64,000 bases of DNA from Takakia lepidozioides (taxonomy: Eukaryota; Plantae; Bryophyta): NCBI GenBank assembly GCA_030704615.1, contig CM060731.1:73656001-73720000 (forward strand). Direction: 5' to 3'. A program made the translations under genes and the position numbers. Each line of letters begins with the position of its first letter. The first letter of the stretch is position 1. Below are positions 38,881-51,268 of this stretch, piece by piece. The notes under the pieces are model-generated. The model did no database searches, was not told where the DNA came from, and saw nothing but the letters and a program-made list of their open reading frames with translations.

Positions 38881-40477
38881 CAATCTTTGAATTCATTACT
38901 TAAAATTGTCGACATTCATGTTATCAAAGTGAAACAATCTCATACCTTCTCATATTTCGTGCTAAAATTCATGGCATAAGAAAGAATATCTTGGCTTTAT
39001 TGATGATCTAAATGACCGATGTACATGTTAATTCCGTTCTTAAAGGAAATTTCAGTAAACGAAAGTATCCTCATTTGTTATTCTGTCTACACTGTCCTGT
39101 AAATCATTTCAATCAACTTATGGCTTTATTCCATTGTGAAAACATATAACTCCTATGACCAAGGTTAAAAAATCATAAAACTCCCATGACCGTGGGGGTT
39201 GTGCTCGCGCTCACGTGTCTTATGTGATACCAACCCCCATAAAAAATATGAAAAAATCGGAACTGGAGGTTCTTTGATACAATTTTTTTGTAAATACCGG
39301 AATCGGAGGTTATGAAAGAAATCAAATAACCACACAACACCGGCAACTCCGTGTGGCCAAATCAACATGAATCAACATGGACAGAGACGAATGGCCGGGC
39401 AGTTTCAGTTGTCAACACACAACTTGCCTCTACTCAATCTTGTTTTTCAGAAAATGCTGAAATTCTTGAACATCCTGACTGCCAAAGTGCTTTCAGAATT
39501 CTTTCCACAACTAAAATTTGACCAAGTAACAATTCAGTCCATTGGACATATTTGAGGGAATAAAATGTCAGACTGGATGCGAAGGTGGAAAAGTGGACAC
39601 TATTGAAGCATCCGTTTGACCTTCTAACACTCAGACATCCTAAGACTTTGCTACAGTACACAATTGCACTGGGCTCCTAACTTCACCCACTCATTTCTTC
39701 AACATTTTACAGGGTTTCCTCTCAAACCATCCTCACATACACGGTTCCTTGCATGAATCTCGAACTTGAGGGCCGACTTTGTCCAGCTGCACATATTCTT
39801 GGTGGTAGGAGTGCGCAGGCACCTCTGGTCCACTCCATCAGATGGGCAACACCTTCTTACACAGGTACAACAACTGGTAATATCATAACTCAATAGCCGA
39901 GCATGAATTTGTCGAAGGAAGCACCTCTGATGGCAGCAGTCAAACATCCCTCCATCAAGGTAGAAAAAGAGCTTAAATACCTGGATTTATACCAGGCTGT
40001 TAGTCTGTTGGTCAGCTTCTTTTGCCTCCCATCATGGCTGGTCTGAAGAAACTTGCCTTGGGAAACAAAATCATCCTGGCATAATTTCCTCCGAAGCAAT
40101 CCAGCCCTAGAGCTCTGATACTAATCCAGGTAAACTACCTTATTGCGAAGGAATAAAATCTTCAAATTTGGCAGTAGATTTGTAACCAGCCCACACACAC
40201 ACACACCTCATAAGTAGGTTAAGTTGATAGTCGTGTGGAGCTCCCCAGCCAGTGGCCGTCAGAGGTCTTCAATGAAGGACTCCCATCCCAACATCTGAGC
40301 CTTACTCAGTGGGTGCAAGACTCGAGTGTTCTGGTTACACATCTGGTGTTAATTAGTAATGCTTCACTCAGGAAGTTGCCACTGTTTGTCAAATTACTGC
40401 TTGAACAAAACAGCATTCACAACAGCTAGTGGTAGGCCATGCATACAAGTGGAGAGCTAGGCACTGGAATACGGTCT

Positions 40478-43400
40478 TCACTGTTGCTTGTTCTCTTCTT
40501 CCTCAATCAAAATACGTTTACATGCCTCATAACACATGAATGAAATCCCAGCTGCCGGCATCAATTTAAAACAACTTGCTCCAAGTCCCCGATAGAGACC
40601 TCCAGGGCCCTGTTGCTCCAATATGCTAGACAAGGCATGAAACATATTCCTGTAAACCTGGTGCCCACTCACAGCACCCACCTGCAACCAAATGAAGCAT
40701 GTTAAGATTACTTTTACTGAAGCAAGTAAGTACAGGAGGAATGGACATGAATATCTTCGGTGCACTGATTTCCACCTACAGAAGCTGGTATTAGCCCCAG
40801 AGGTAAGACAGCCTCCCTACTGATAGCAAGGTCCACAATAGTTATTCAGCAACCAGGGATGAAAAAGTACCTGCATCTGCTTGCGTGCAACCTCCAATGG
40901 GAACGTCACAGCACTTGACATGGCCCCTGCTGTTGAGCCCATGAGCAGAGTGGCAAGGTTACCAATTTTTTCCTTTTTAGTTACTCTTCTGTATGTCTTT
41001 CTCATAGAATCGTAGGCACAATAGTTAATGGCCGCATAGGGCATCACGCCAATAAGACTTGGAAAGAGCCCCCTGTAGAGCTCCCGGGGTCCTTCTTCTT
41101 TACAAATTTTTACAAACGCATGCAACAGATTGTCGTACACGCCCCTCTGCAAAATTTCATTTTCGAGGAAAAGTCAGATGTAACTTCAGCTTGAAACATG
41201 AGGAAACCAAGAAGCAAAGCATGATGATTATCCGTCGAAACTCAATCCTAGGGGACAGAAAAACAGAACAACAGGAAATCTTAAACATACCATTCCCCGG
41301 AATTCAAAATCACTTCGTTGTTACAACCGCACTCATGCATCTTCAGTGAGTTGCTGGGTGCAGGCATACCTCGGGAAGGTGAAGATTGTTATATATCAAA
41401 TGTTTTGCTGGTTGTTACAAGTGCACTTCTTATCTATTTGACTCCCAATTTAGCTATGAACACCGTGCATTTTCAATGCTCTCAAAAGGCAATCACAACC
41501 CTTTGTTGTATTTTAGCCTTCTCATCTCGTAAGTTCAATTCAGTCGAATGAGGCTCATTTGGGTAATATCTCAGAGTTTAAAACCCCTAGTTCTGCAGAG
41601 GCAACATGGACCTGTACAGAGACAACTATTACTAAAAATAAAATTACCAAAGCCAGTTCTGCAAGATTAATCTTTACAACTGCACAAACCTCCCAAATGC
41701 ACCATGACTGCTCCTCTACCTTAACTGATTCTCCTACTCAATATCCTCAGGAGATCCTCACCTGAATGGTGAATCGCGTCTTCAACAACTCCAAAGGATA
41801 CATACAGAAGGTGGAGCACACGCCAGCTGATGCCCCAGCCACTGTGGACACTGGAAAGGGTGTGCGTGCTGGCTCTCCCGGTTTTGGTGTCAAAAAATTC
41901 TTAACCGTATCATAAGCAAAGAGCTGCACAGCCAAACAGAAGAACCACTTAAGATGCAGTTGAAACAAAACCAACCAGCAAACCGGAGTACTGCCTGCCT
42001 TTCCAACATAATGCAACATCTCTGTTTGCAAACCTTGGAGACAGACAACATATGAGACTTCCTGTCAGATTCATAGACGGAAGGCAACTAATCCAGTGAG
42101 AATTTGCGCAATTATCACCTAGAATGAAACCTCCTTGTTGCAAAGAAATGGAGGATCCTAGCTGCAGTAAGAGAGGATTCCATTTGACTAAAACTTTCAA
42201 AGATGAGGCATTAAATCACAACTCATACTTGCATACCAGGAAAACCAGTCCTTCTGGATACCTCAACTCTGCCCAATTGGAAGAGGTATAGCATCCAGTA
42301 ATGTTGGGAAACACTAGGACAACTGAACCCCACACAACAGTCAACTACATCTGCACTGCCGCTTCCTTGGCCTCTGAACTTCAAAAACATAATATTTTGG
42401 CCCCTAAGTGTAAACCCACCAGGGGACAAACGACCTGTACTCAACACCTTACTGCAGAGCTTTGGCAAGCTCACTGACATTCTCCCTAGCACACAATGAA
42501 AAGAGCTAATCTGCCTTAAGCACACCTCCCTGGTGTCTGGTGAAAGTGCAGGCCGCAATACACCGCAAATCTTAACAAGCTCAAACTGGACCCCAAGACA
42601 TCATTTTGAAAATGTGGCATAGTGACACGCTTGCAGAAGCCTCTGAAAATAGGCTTCTAGGTCATTCTTTGAGACAGAGGTTGTCGCTTTGTGTTATCAA
42701 GTCTGAGTCTGAAGTTTAACAGTAACAGAAACCCCGCTTTCATCAGTGGAGTGGCTCACCTCAATTGCTTTACTAGGTGCGACACGGATAACATTGATGC
42801 CATTGCCTCGAAAGAGACCACGCCATCCCTCCACTTGCATGATATTTTGAAACACGCCAAATCCAGTGTTGTGCCCAGTTCCCACCATCAAATGGGTGCG
42901 AATTGTTTCCAATGGCGCCACAGCTGTTCTTGATACAGCACCCGCAATGGCCCCACTCAATAGTCTTTTCAGGGATGCATTTCCAACTTTCAGCTTGACA
43001 ACTTGGGTCATAACCTTACGGTGTCTTTGCTTTTGAGCCGGCCTCTCCTCCTCGAAGTCTTCCTTCACAAGGCCGAGCACCTCCCTGCCAGCAGATATGA
43101 CACCCTTTCAACCATCCGTCTACCAGACTCCAGTGATTATCTCGGGAGAAGACTAATTGAGAAGCACAATACAAAACATGACTGGGGATTCGGAAAATAG
43201 CATCGAAATTGTTCTGGTGAAGATTATACAAGAACTAGAATTGTAAATCCTGGAACAGAACGTACACTGACTACATTATTGACGATCCGTCGGGAACAGG
43301 GAGGAGGTCAGCAGGGGGCTAAGGCGGAGAAAGGGCGTTCCATCATCCTTTGGGTGAGAAACGACACTGACCTGATTTCATCCTCAGTGGGGATCAAAGT

Positions 43401-43601
43401 CTTGAAACCGAATTGTGAAGCCGGGACGGGGTCGGAAACACACCCACGCCTTGGATGAAGCTCCAGACTGCGCTCTGAGGTCGTGCACACAAGTGTGGGC
43501 AAAGCAGTCACCCTCTCAACCGTTCTCTGTCTCTGTCGATGCAACTGTCCTGCCCCTACTGAGCATGTTGTCAAAGCCTCGTGGCCCCGAGCTCCAGCCA
43601 T
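40478..43601 (-). CDS. BT1: Mitochondrial carrier family protein, BT1/Brittle-1-like adenine nucleotide transporter, 398 aa; exons 43601-43372, 43084-42760, 41923-41762, 41146-40871, 40681-40478
   Basis: Three carrier repeats (APLETIRTHLMVG, YPLELLKTR, FPLEVARKQMQ), GLFRGN..NVIRVAPSKAIELFAYDTV, PAAGISFMCYEACKRIL; all introns GT-AG with compatible phases; total 1197 nt. Exon 1 is the least certain. Confidence 0.93.
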
Positions 43602-46045
43602 CCACTTGACGCTACCTCGCTCTCTTCTCTATCCAACCGCTTCTTGGGTACTTGCTCTTAGAGCCCTCTTCTATCCGACCGTGCGTATTGTTTGCAGCCC
43701 CTTTCTGTCCGTGTGTCTGGTTCTGTTGTCTCTGCTTATCTAGCTGGAGGATTGAAGTAAGCGGATGATGAGTGTCGAGATCAGCAAGGTTGGTATTTCA
43801 GAGCAGTAATAGATCTGCTGGAGGAGATTCGAGGCCAAAATTGACGTCCAGAGAGGAAATGCTGAGAACAAAGTGACAACCTCAAGAAGGCGGAAGGCAA
43901 AGTACCAAGCCCTTAATGCCACTACTATCAGTAAAATCAAAATGACTGAAGAGATCGGTAGGTCCTCCTTCGAATATCAGATTAACGAGTGGAAAACCAG
44001 TTCGCACATAGAGCTCTACCTCAGTTTGGATGAGACACAAAGCCCTGTCATATACCTCCAATGCACCTGATACCACACTGTTCAAGGTTCAAGTCAGGCC
44101 ACTCAATTCAGCTGAACCTTCCCTGTTACTGTTACATTCCCTCTTCAATGCCATGGTTTTCAAATGGGGCAGGAAAACATGAGCGGCTCGATTCAACCCA
44201 ACACGAGTACGGTGATCAAACCAAGCTTCCTCCTCCCCAGCAGTCCGCTCCCTTTGTGCCAAGACAGACCTCGTAGCTTGTGGAGGCAGAGCGAGGGGAA
44301 GCGCTTCCTCTGCGGCAGGATACAATTCTCAGCTCTCTCAAAAATTTAACTGTGGCCCAAAACTCTCTCCGTGCAGTATTAAACACACTCAATGCTACCA
44401 AATGCGAGAGCGACAGTCCGCCTAGAGGGCAGATGGGCCTACAGGACGCTAAGATATTTCCCTCCGACCGAAGACACTTCAGAAACCCAACAGTGCAATG
44501 GCAACTCTTACGAAGCTGCTGGCAATGGTGTGTGTGCAGCTGCGAGCGATCAACAGATGGAGCAGAAGCAGCAGATGGACCTCGGGAAACTCCAGCAGCA
44601 GAAGCGAGCGCAGGTTCCTCGCACATACGACTGCCCTTGCGACACGACTCCAGATAAACAGTCTTTCCTCACTTTTCTCTTGTTATTTTTCTCTTCATTT
44701 ATGTTTTTAGTTGTTTTTTTAGGCGGTGGGAAGGAGCCGCCCCCTTCAACTCACGTGAGTCGTCACACCATGTTTTGTTTTTGGACTAAAATGTCCTGTA
44801 AGGAAATAATTAAGTAGTCCGCGGCTCTTGGTTACGATGGCTTTGAGGTACGTCCCCCACCTGTGACACCATCCGGGCAGTTTTGGGAAGACCGATGGAG
44901 TAAGGCCCATGCGGATCAGCTACTCTCTCTTTCCACTCCGAGGGGGTTGGTCTGGTTGACTGGCTTTGTTTATATCGATTTCGGATTGTGACGAGGGGGT
45001 CCAATATATGATTATGCGTCAAATGGACGGCTAACAACATGTGCGCAGCCACCAAATATTTCAGTCAAAAATGTGTTTGATGAAGAATAATAAATAAACA
45101 TAGTGAAGGACACCGGGTCCCTATCAAATATATCAATAATAAAAATTACATATTGACAGGTGGGGCAAGAATTTTTTTTGCAGTGACAAGTGGCACAACA
45201 CGATTGGGTATAGCAATGACTCCAATATGTGGCTGAAATGGAGGGTTGCCTTGAGCAGGGGTGACAAATGTCAGCCACCAGCACCCACAATGTTCCCAAA
45301 AGCGTAAAAAAGTGTTCACCGCATGGATGGACAAGACATCCATCCGAAGTCTGGCAAATAATTTTCATCCATGTGGACATTGGCGTTGGCCGAACGACAA
45401 GTGGAATTGTACCTGAAAATGTTTTTTGGGTTGGCAAGATATTTGAGGTACCAGTGGTCTGAAGATTTTCTTTTTTATGTTATATATAAATAATGTTGCA
45501 ACTTGTCAACAACCCACTGATCAAGTACAGGCTGATTTATTTTTTAAATTTGGAGGTGTTCTCGGTTTCAAACAAACCAAGAAAATGTTTTTCTTCTAAC
45601 TGTATGATCTTTTCTTAGCAGGTCCAAGCCATCCATGTCTTGTGTGAAATATGGGACCTGGGATTGACTGATTCATCGGCTAAATGATTTCCTAATATTG
45701 TAAGCCAATAAATAAATAAATAATTGGAAACTAGATGTATATGTAATCATATCGGAGTTATAGAGATATTTATTTGGCGGCTGTATATTATTATTTAAAT
45801 TTTAGTTAATGTAGCGGCCTTCACATTTGTGTTGACCAGTGACTGGATGGATGGTGACTATTGTTTACTTTGTAAATGTTAGAGAAGAAGAAGAATTTGG
45901 CCAAAGCCGCCGGCGTAGCTAAGAGCCTAACTAAGAGCCTGACTTCGCCCTGTGGCCAGTGCCCATTCAAGGGTGGGCGGTGGGCCTTATAAGTGGAAGG
46001 CGCTAGTGCTAGTGTGCCTACATGACTATATCTAGTGTGGGTATA

Positions 46046-46502
46046 CCGTAGAGGCCGCTCTATTTCGACGGACCCCTGCCGGAATCATTAAATACATGCA
46101 GGTCGCCAGGTTCGGCAGCTTTACTCACAATATTAATTTTTTCGTTCAGGCTTCATCCAATTTTTCAGGAATTCGGCACTCATGGGTACTTCTTATTAAA
46201 TTAGGTGGGCCATGTCAAGATTCACGTATAGTTGACATTCTCTCTCGAAGGTCATAGTTATGGTTAACCATAACTCTCTGGCAAGCCCTAGTCATGGTTA
46301 GTGATAAACATGTTTAAAATTTGTATTTTTTTTCTTTCAAACTTGACGTTTTCACTACCATATTGCCACCTTTTGTTTTCAAAGTTCATCTTTTTAAATG
46401 AAGATTATTCCCATATTTCGTCTACTACAAGGGCATAATTTTAAAATATTCGTTCTCTCTTAAAGTGAATTAATTAATGTCGGAATAGAGCGACCTCTAC
46501 AA
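46046..46502. mobile_element. Tc1/mariner-type MITE
   Basis: TIRs CCGTAGAGGCCGCTCTATTTCGAC / GTCGGAATAGAGCGACCTCTACAA; TA on both flanks. Confidence 0.72.
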
Positions 46503-46743
46503 TATTCTAGTTTGCGCTTATTGGTAATGATGGTTGTGAGGGATCGGATGGCAGTAAGATGTATAGTTTTAATTCGTTGGTGGAAAGTAGTGGGTAGGTG
46601 TCTTGAAGTTATTGTGCAACGCATGCATCCTCACACATAGTGGATGTCGCCTCTTGTACCAACTGTGATGACGATTAAGGGACCAAATTTTCATCCTTGT
46701 CTTCTAATTGCAAGGATGAGGCCGACGTAGTTTTTACGTTTAC

Positions 46744-47780
46744 GACAACCAGCATGTAGCCTAGTGGTAATGGGCACATACCACATTGGATGTGGTTGTA
46801 GGTTCAAACCAGTGTTGGGCGGTTACCCGCCGGGACCCAGGTTAACCGCCGGTTCTCGGTTAACCGCCGGTTCAGGTTCAGGTTACCTGTAACCGGACCG
46901 GAATCGGGCCCATTCCTACATAACCTGACCCGGAACCGGAACCTGCCATTGGGGATCGGCGCAGACCGAACCGACGGTTACTACTGGGTGTGAGAACCGG
47001 AGAACCAGGGCGCACGGGGATAAAATCAGGTTCCGGGTTTTGAACCCTTGCTAGGCCTTGGCATAACATGGCATAACACTAGAGAGCTAGTGGGCCTAGG
47101 GCAAAACTTCTTTAATGCTCTCAAGCTCATGAGATCCTGGGTTCAATGCTTGAAGGCCATGAGATTCTATGTTCAATGCTTCAGCGCCATGAGATCTTGG
47201 GTTCAATCTCCAGCTCCATGATATCCTGGCTAAGTTCATTAATAAAATGTTTGATGATGCCAATATTTGCCAGGTAGCTGAATAGTACTTTCAACCCATA
47301 AAATTTAACCCATTTTCTTCTATCAGTTTATTTAGAGTATTTTTGTTTGTTTTTTTTTGTGTTAGTGAAAACTAACAAAATCGTTGGATTTTAGTTCAAA
47401 TATGTGAATACATTGCTATTTAATCTACCGGACTGATAAAATATTTTAAATCTAATTTAATTAAACAAATATATTTTTAAAATAGAACCGGAACCGATGG
47501 TTTTTATCAGCAACTAACCGGTAACCGGAACCGTCCCCATGTTTAAAAGTTGGACTGGAACCGGCTCAATTAAAAAATAACCGGAACCGGATCCGAAACC
47601 GTCTCTTGAAATAATTGTGGAACCGGAACCGAAGGTTCCTTCACAAATGCAAGAACCGCCCAACACTGGTTCAAACCATGGTTTGGTGTGTCATGAAGGT
47701 GTCCACCTTTCAGCCGGAAGGCAGTAGCCCTTGTGGTGAAAAAACACTGTAAGTTACGCTGCCTTTGGGAGGTGTCATAC
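46744..47780 (+). mobile_element. tRNA-derived SINE interrupted at its B box by a hAT MITE
   Basis: A box TAGCCTAGTGG 46757-67, B box GGTTCAAACC; 46744-46809 plus 47677-47780 aligns with the intact copy at 48588-48759. Confidence 0.82.
46810..47668. mobile_element. Non-autonomous hAT (859 bp)
   Basis: Perfect 15-bp TIR CAGTGTTGGGCGGTT; perfect 8-bp TSD GTTCAAAC (46802-09, 47669-76); AACCGG subterminal repeats. Confidence 0.92.
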
Positions 47781-48587
47781 TCTCTCTTTTACGTTTAGTT
47801 AGAATGGTTGTATTACACAATATCAATGTCTGGTTTGGGTAATTTGACCGACATGGTGGTCGCTTGTGGATGTAGTAACTGCGATCGGGTTTGGCTGGCC
47901 CGTGTAGATGTACCAACTTTGAGCCACTACTTTATTTTATTCCTTGGGGCCTTTATTTGTTTGCATTATCCGTTCAATTCCACAGAGAGATTTTAATTGA
48001 AATTGTTTTGTAATGTCTTCATGGCTTTGGCAAGGTTATTTGTTCCTTGCACAATTAGTTTGATTGGCATGGCTTATGTTCCTTTTCTTCATAAAGTTTA
48101 AAGAAACAATTGAGATCATTAATAGGAATTGACGAACCAGATTACGTCGAGATTGAATTTGTGTTAGAAATTCTAGGCTGTGGATGAATCGGACATGACA
48201 TGGCGGGACGGAAACCCCACTGGCAACTATTAGCGTAAAATGTTCCGGGATGGAAAAAGCTCCATGTTGACGAGAAAGCATTTATGGATGGATGTGTCAT
48301 CGTCTTGAAATATTCTTGTTTATTCTATTCCAATTGCAAAAACTTGTCACCTTATTGGATGTCGGGAAAGTGTAAGTTCGGATCCAATTGCGGTAAAATT
48401 TCTCTAGAATTTGACTAATTAAGAATAATAATGATTTTTAGTTTTCTTTTTAAAAACAGGGGACAAAGGCCCTAGAAATATATTGAAAAATGAATGGGAA
48501 AAAATAACCCGTTAGATACAGCCTTAAAGTGTATTAAAGGGATACCACCCGAAGCCAACCGTAGAAAAAAGAATCAAAAAATAAGTA

Positions 48588-48759
48588 AGTATGATGCCTT
48601 CCGAAGGAAGCGTAACTTATGGAGTCACTTCACCCCGAAGGGCTACTGCCTTCCGCTAGGAAGGTGGACACCTTCATGACACACCAGACCGTGGTTTGAA
48701 CCCACAACCACATCCAACGTGGTATGTGCCCATTACCACTGGGCTACATGCTGGTTGTC
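48588..48759 (-). mobile_element. tRNA-derived SINE, uninterrupted copy
   Basis: A box TAGCCCAGTGG, B box GGTTCAAACC; similar to the 46744 copy. Confidence 0.8.
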
Positions 48760-48986
48760 AAAAAGAATCATGTAGGGGGAGGCAACTGGTAAAATACGGT
48801 TGACCAATTTCCAAATAAATGCACTCACTTTTACAGCTCTATAATTGTGCCAAACCTGTTTCCAGATTTTCAACCATAAAATGGGGATAAGATCTAATCT
48901 CCATTTTTTGTTCCACAGCTGGGTACTATTGAAGCTTGCTAATATACGCACATACAGTAACGTGCACAATCACCAGAATGAAATCA
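48760..48986 (-). pseudogene. LINE ORF2 C-terminal (zf-RVT-like) fragment
   Basis: W..IWK.VW.....KVSAFIWKLVNRILPV. Confidence 0.6.
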
Positions 48987-51268
48987 TATTGCATCTGCAT
49001 GCATCAGAGTTACTACAAAAGCGTCTCCTAGATGTATCTATCTAGAGTGCAGAGAAACAGAAGCAGATCGAATATACTTCACACGTCGCTGGAAAGCCAC
49101 CACGACGATCATAACGAAGTATCCAGAAACTATCCATTGTGAATGTAACAGCTAAAAGTAAGAGTAGTAATAAGGTTAACTACATGTAATTCTCCAATAC
49201 TCCCACTCAGTGACCTTCTGTGCTACTACGCTAACAGTAGATCATTTTCCTCCTCCATCGTTTTAAACCACTCATCACTTTGTACCCCATTAACTGCATC
49301 TGCAAAAGTGTTTGGTTCATCAGGTAATAGGTATAATTACATCATGCACATAGTCAGGGAGATCAATGTTACTACAACTAGTTGCCTGAAGCACCAATCT
49401 CCAAATTGTTGAGGTGGACAATGATCTCTTTCAGGTCGACGGTTTATTCGCAGAGTGACCAGATCATGTCCATTTTCACCCTCAACTGGTGTATGCATGT
49501 CGATTGCAATTGGGTCCTCTTGTTCGTGACTCGTTCGTGATCCTCAGACAATTCATTGAACATTTAATAGCAGGATCGACATTGCTTTGATCACCTTCTA
49601 GTCCATTTTCGTTAACCACTTTGGTTTGTGACAATATATGATATGTCCATATCTCAGTAGTTTCTGAAATGGTTGACAATTGCACCTGTGTGTTGATAGA
49701 AGAAACTTCACTCGTGTTGTTTACAATTTTGTCTTCATCAAATAACATGTCTCTGCTGGTAACGATTTGCTTCCTCTCCTCATCCCAAAACATATAGGCT
49801 TTTGTAGACTCACAATACCTACAAACAAATATTGCTTACTCTTGGACTCCAATTTTTTTCTGAGTGCCTTCGGGATGTGAACATAGTCTTTGCAGCCAAA
49901 CACACAAAAGTGTGTCACATAGGGTTTTCTCCCACTCCAAGCTTCTACAGGTGTTTTTCCTTTTAGAGTTTTGGTACCTGTTCGGTTAAGAATATGAACA
50001 ATCTAAACAGCTTCTGCCCAAAACTTCAGGCCCACTCCGCTTGCATGCAACATGCTGCGAGCCGCCGGGTACTCTCCATGATTATCTTATTATCACGTTC
50101 TGAAACACCGTTTTGTTCAAGACTGTAGGGAGCTCTAGTCTCATGATGAATTCCATGTTCTTCCATAAGCTTCTCCATCTCCTTGTTCAAGTATTCTTCT
50201 CCTCTATCACTTTTGATTTTGACAACTTAATTGCTTGTTTCCCTGCGAGTCTGTCTGATCATGTCTCTCAAGCAAGTTATAAACTCAGATTTTTGGGTTA
50301 CACAGTACACCATTCGGACTAATCCTGAAAAGCTATCCTTGAAAAGCACAAAGTACTTGGAACCCCTAATTGATTCGACATGCATAGGCCCGCACATTGA
50401 ATCCAACGATGCAACGGCGTGAGCCTTGCGCGTGAGCGTACGCTCACGCATGAACGACGTGGTGTGAGCGTATGCTCACGCCAGCTGACGTGGCGTGAGC
50501 GTGCACAAACGCTGACGTGGCATGAGCGTGATGTCAGCAGGCTGACATGGCGACAAATGCTAACGTGGCGCTGTGTCGTCATCTACCATGTCAGCATAAA
50601 CATACGACGCCTATATCCCAACGACGCAATGGCGTGAGCGTTGCACGTGAGCGCGCGAGCGTACGCTCACGCAGGAGTGACGTGGCATGAGCGTACGCTC
50701 ACGCCAGCTGACGTGGCGTGAGCCTGCACACACGCTGACGTGGCGTGAGCGTCATGTCAGCATGCTGATGTGGCGGTAAATGATGACGTGGCACTGTCCG
50801 TCAACTGCCACGTCAGCATTAACATGCGCCGCCTATAACCGTGGATGGTCCTATGACCGTGGAATTAATGCAGGGAATCTTGCCTAAATAGAATCAAGAC
50901 GAGCGTTGAGGCCTACAATTGCAGCATCCAACATTGTGCAATTACAAATGCTTGTTTCACTTTTACAATTACGAAGACGACAAAATATCCTCACAAAGTG
51001 TGCGCCATAAAGGCTGCCACGAGAAGACTTCCTCCCTCCTCAAATAACAATGAGAGTTATGATCATCTTCAAAAGATGATTGTAGTGCATAGCGACAGCA
51101 AGACATGTAGACTTCGAACGGTGCAATGACAAATGTGCACTACCTAAAAGTTGTCACTCAGAGCTCACTCCGTATAGTTGGAGGCCATATCATTGCACAG
51201 CCGACGAATTGATGTGAATTACACATTTCAAATCATGGTCATCCACATACCACATTACATAGTTCATG

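Noticed and set aside
39699-40099. Possible degenerate LINE fragment (KKLTNRLTAWYKSRYLS)
   Set aside because: Single weak motif; insufficient support.
44061-44817. Overlapping 70-141 aa ORFs upstream of BT1
   Set aside because: No recognisable domain and open on both strands; more likely BT1 promoter, 5'UTR or intron.
46744-46809. tRNA gene
   Set aside because: A and B boxes are present, but I see no proper cloverleaf and a non-tRNA body is shared with a second copy, so it is a SINE.
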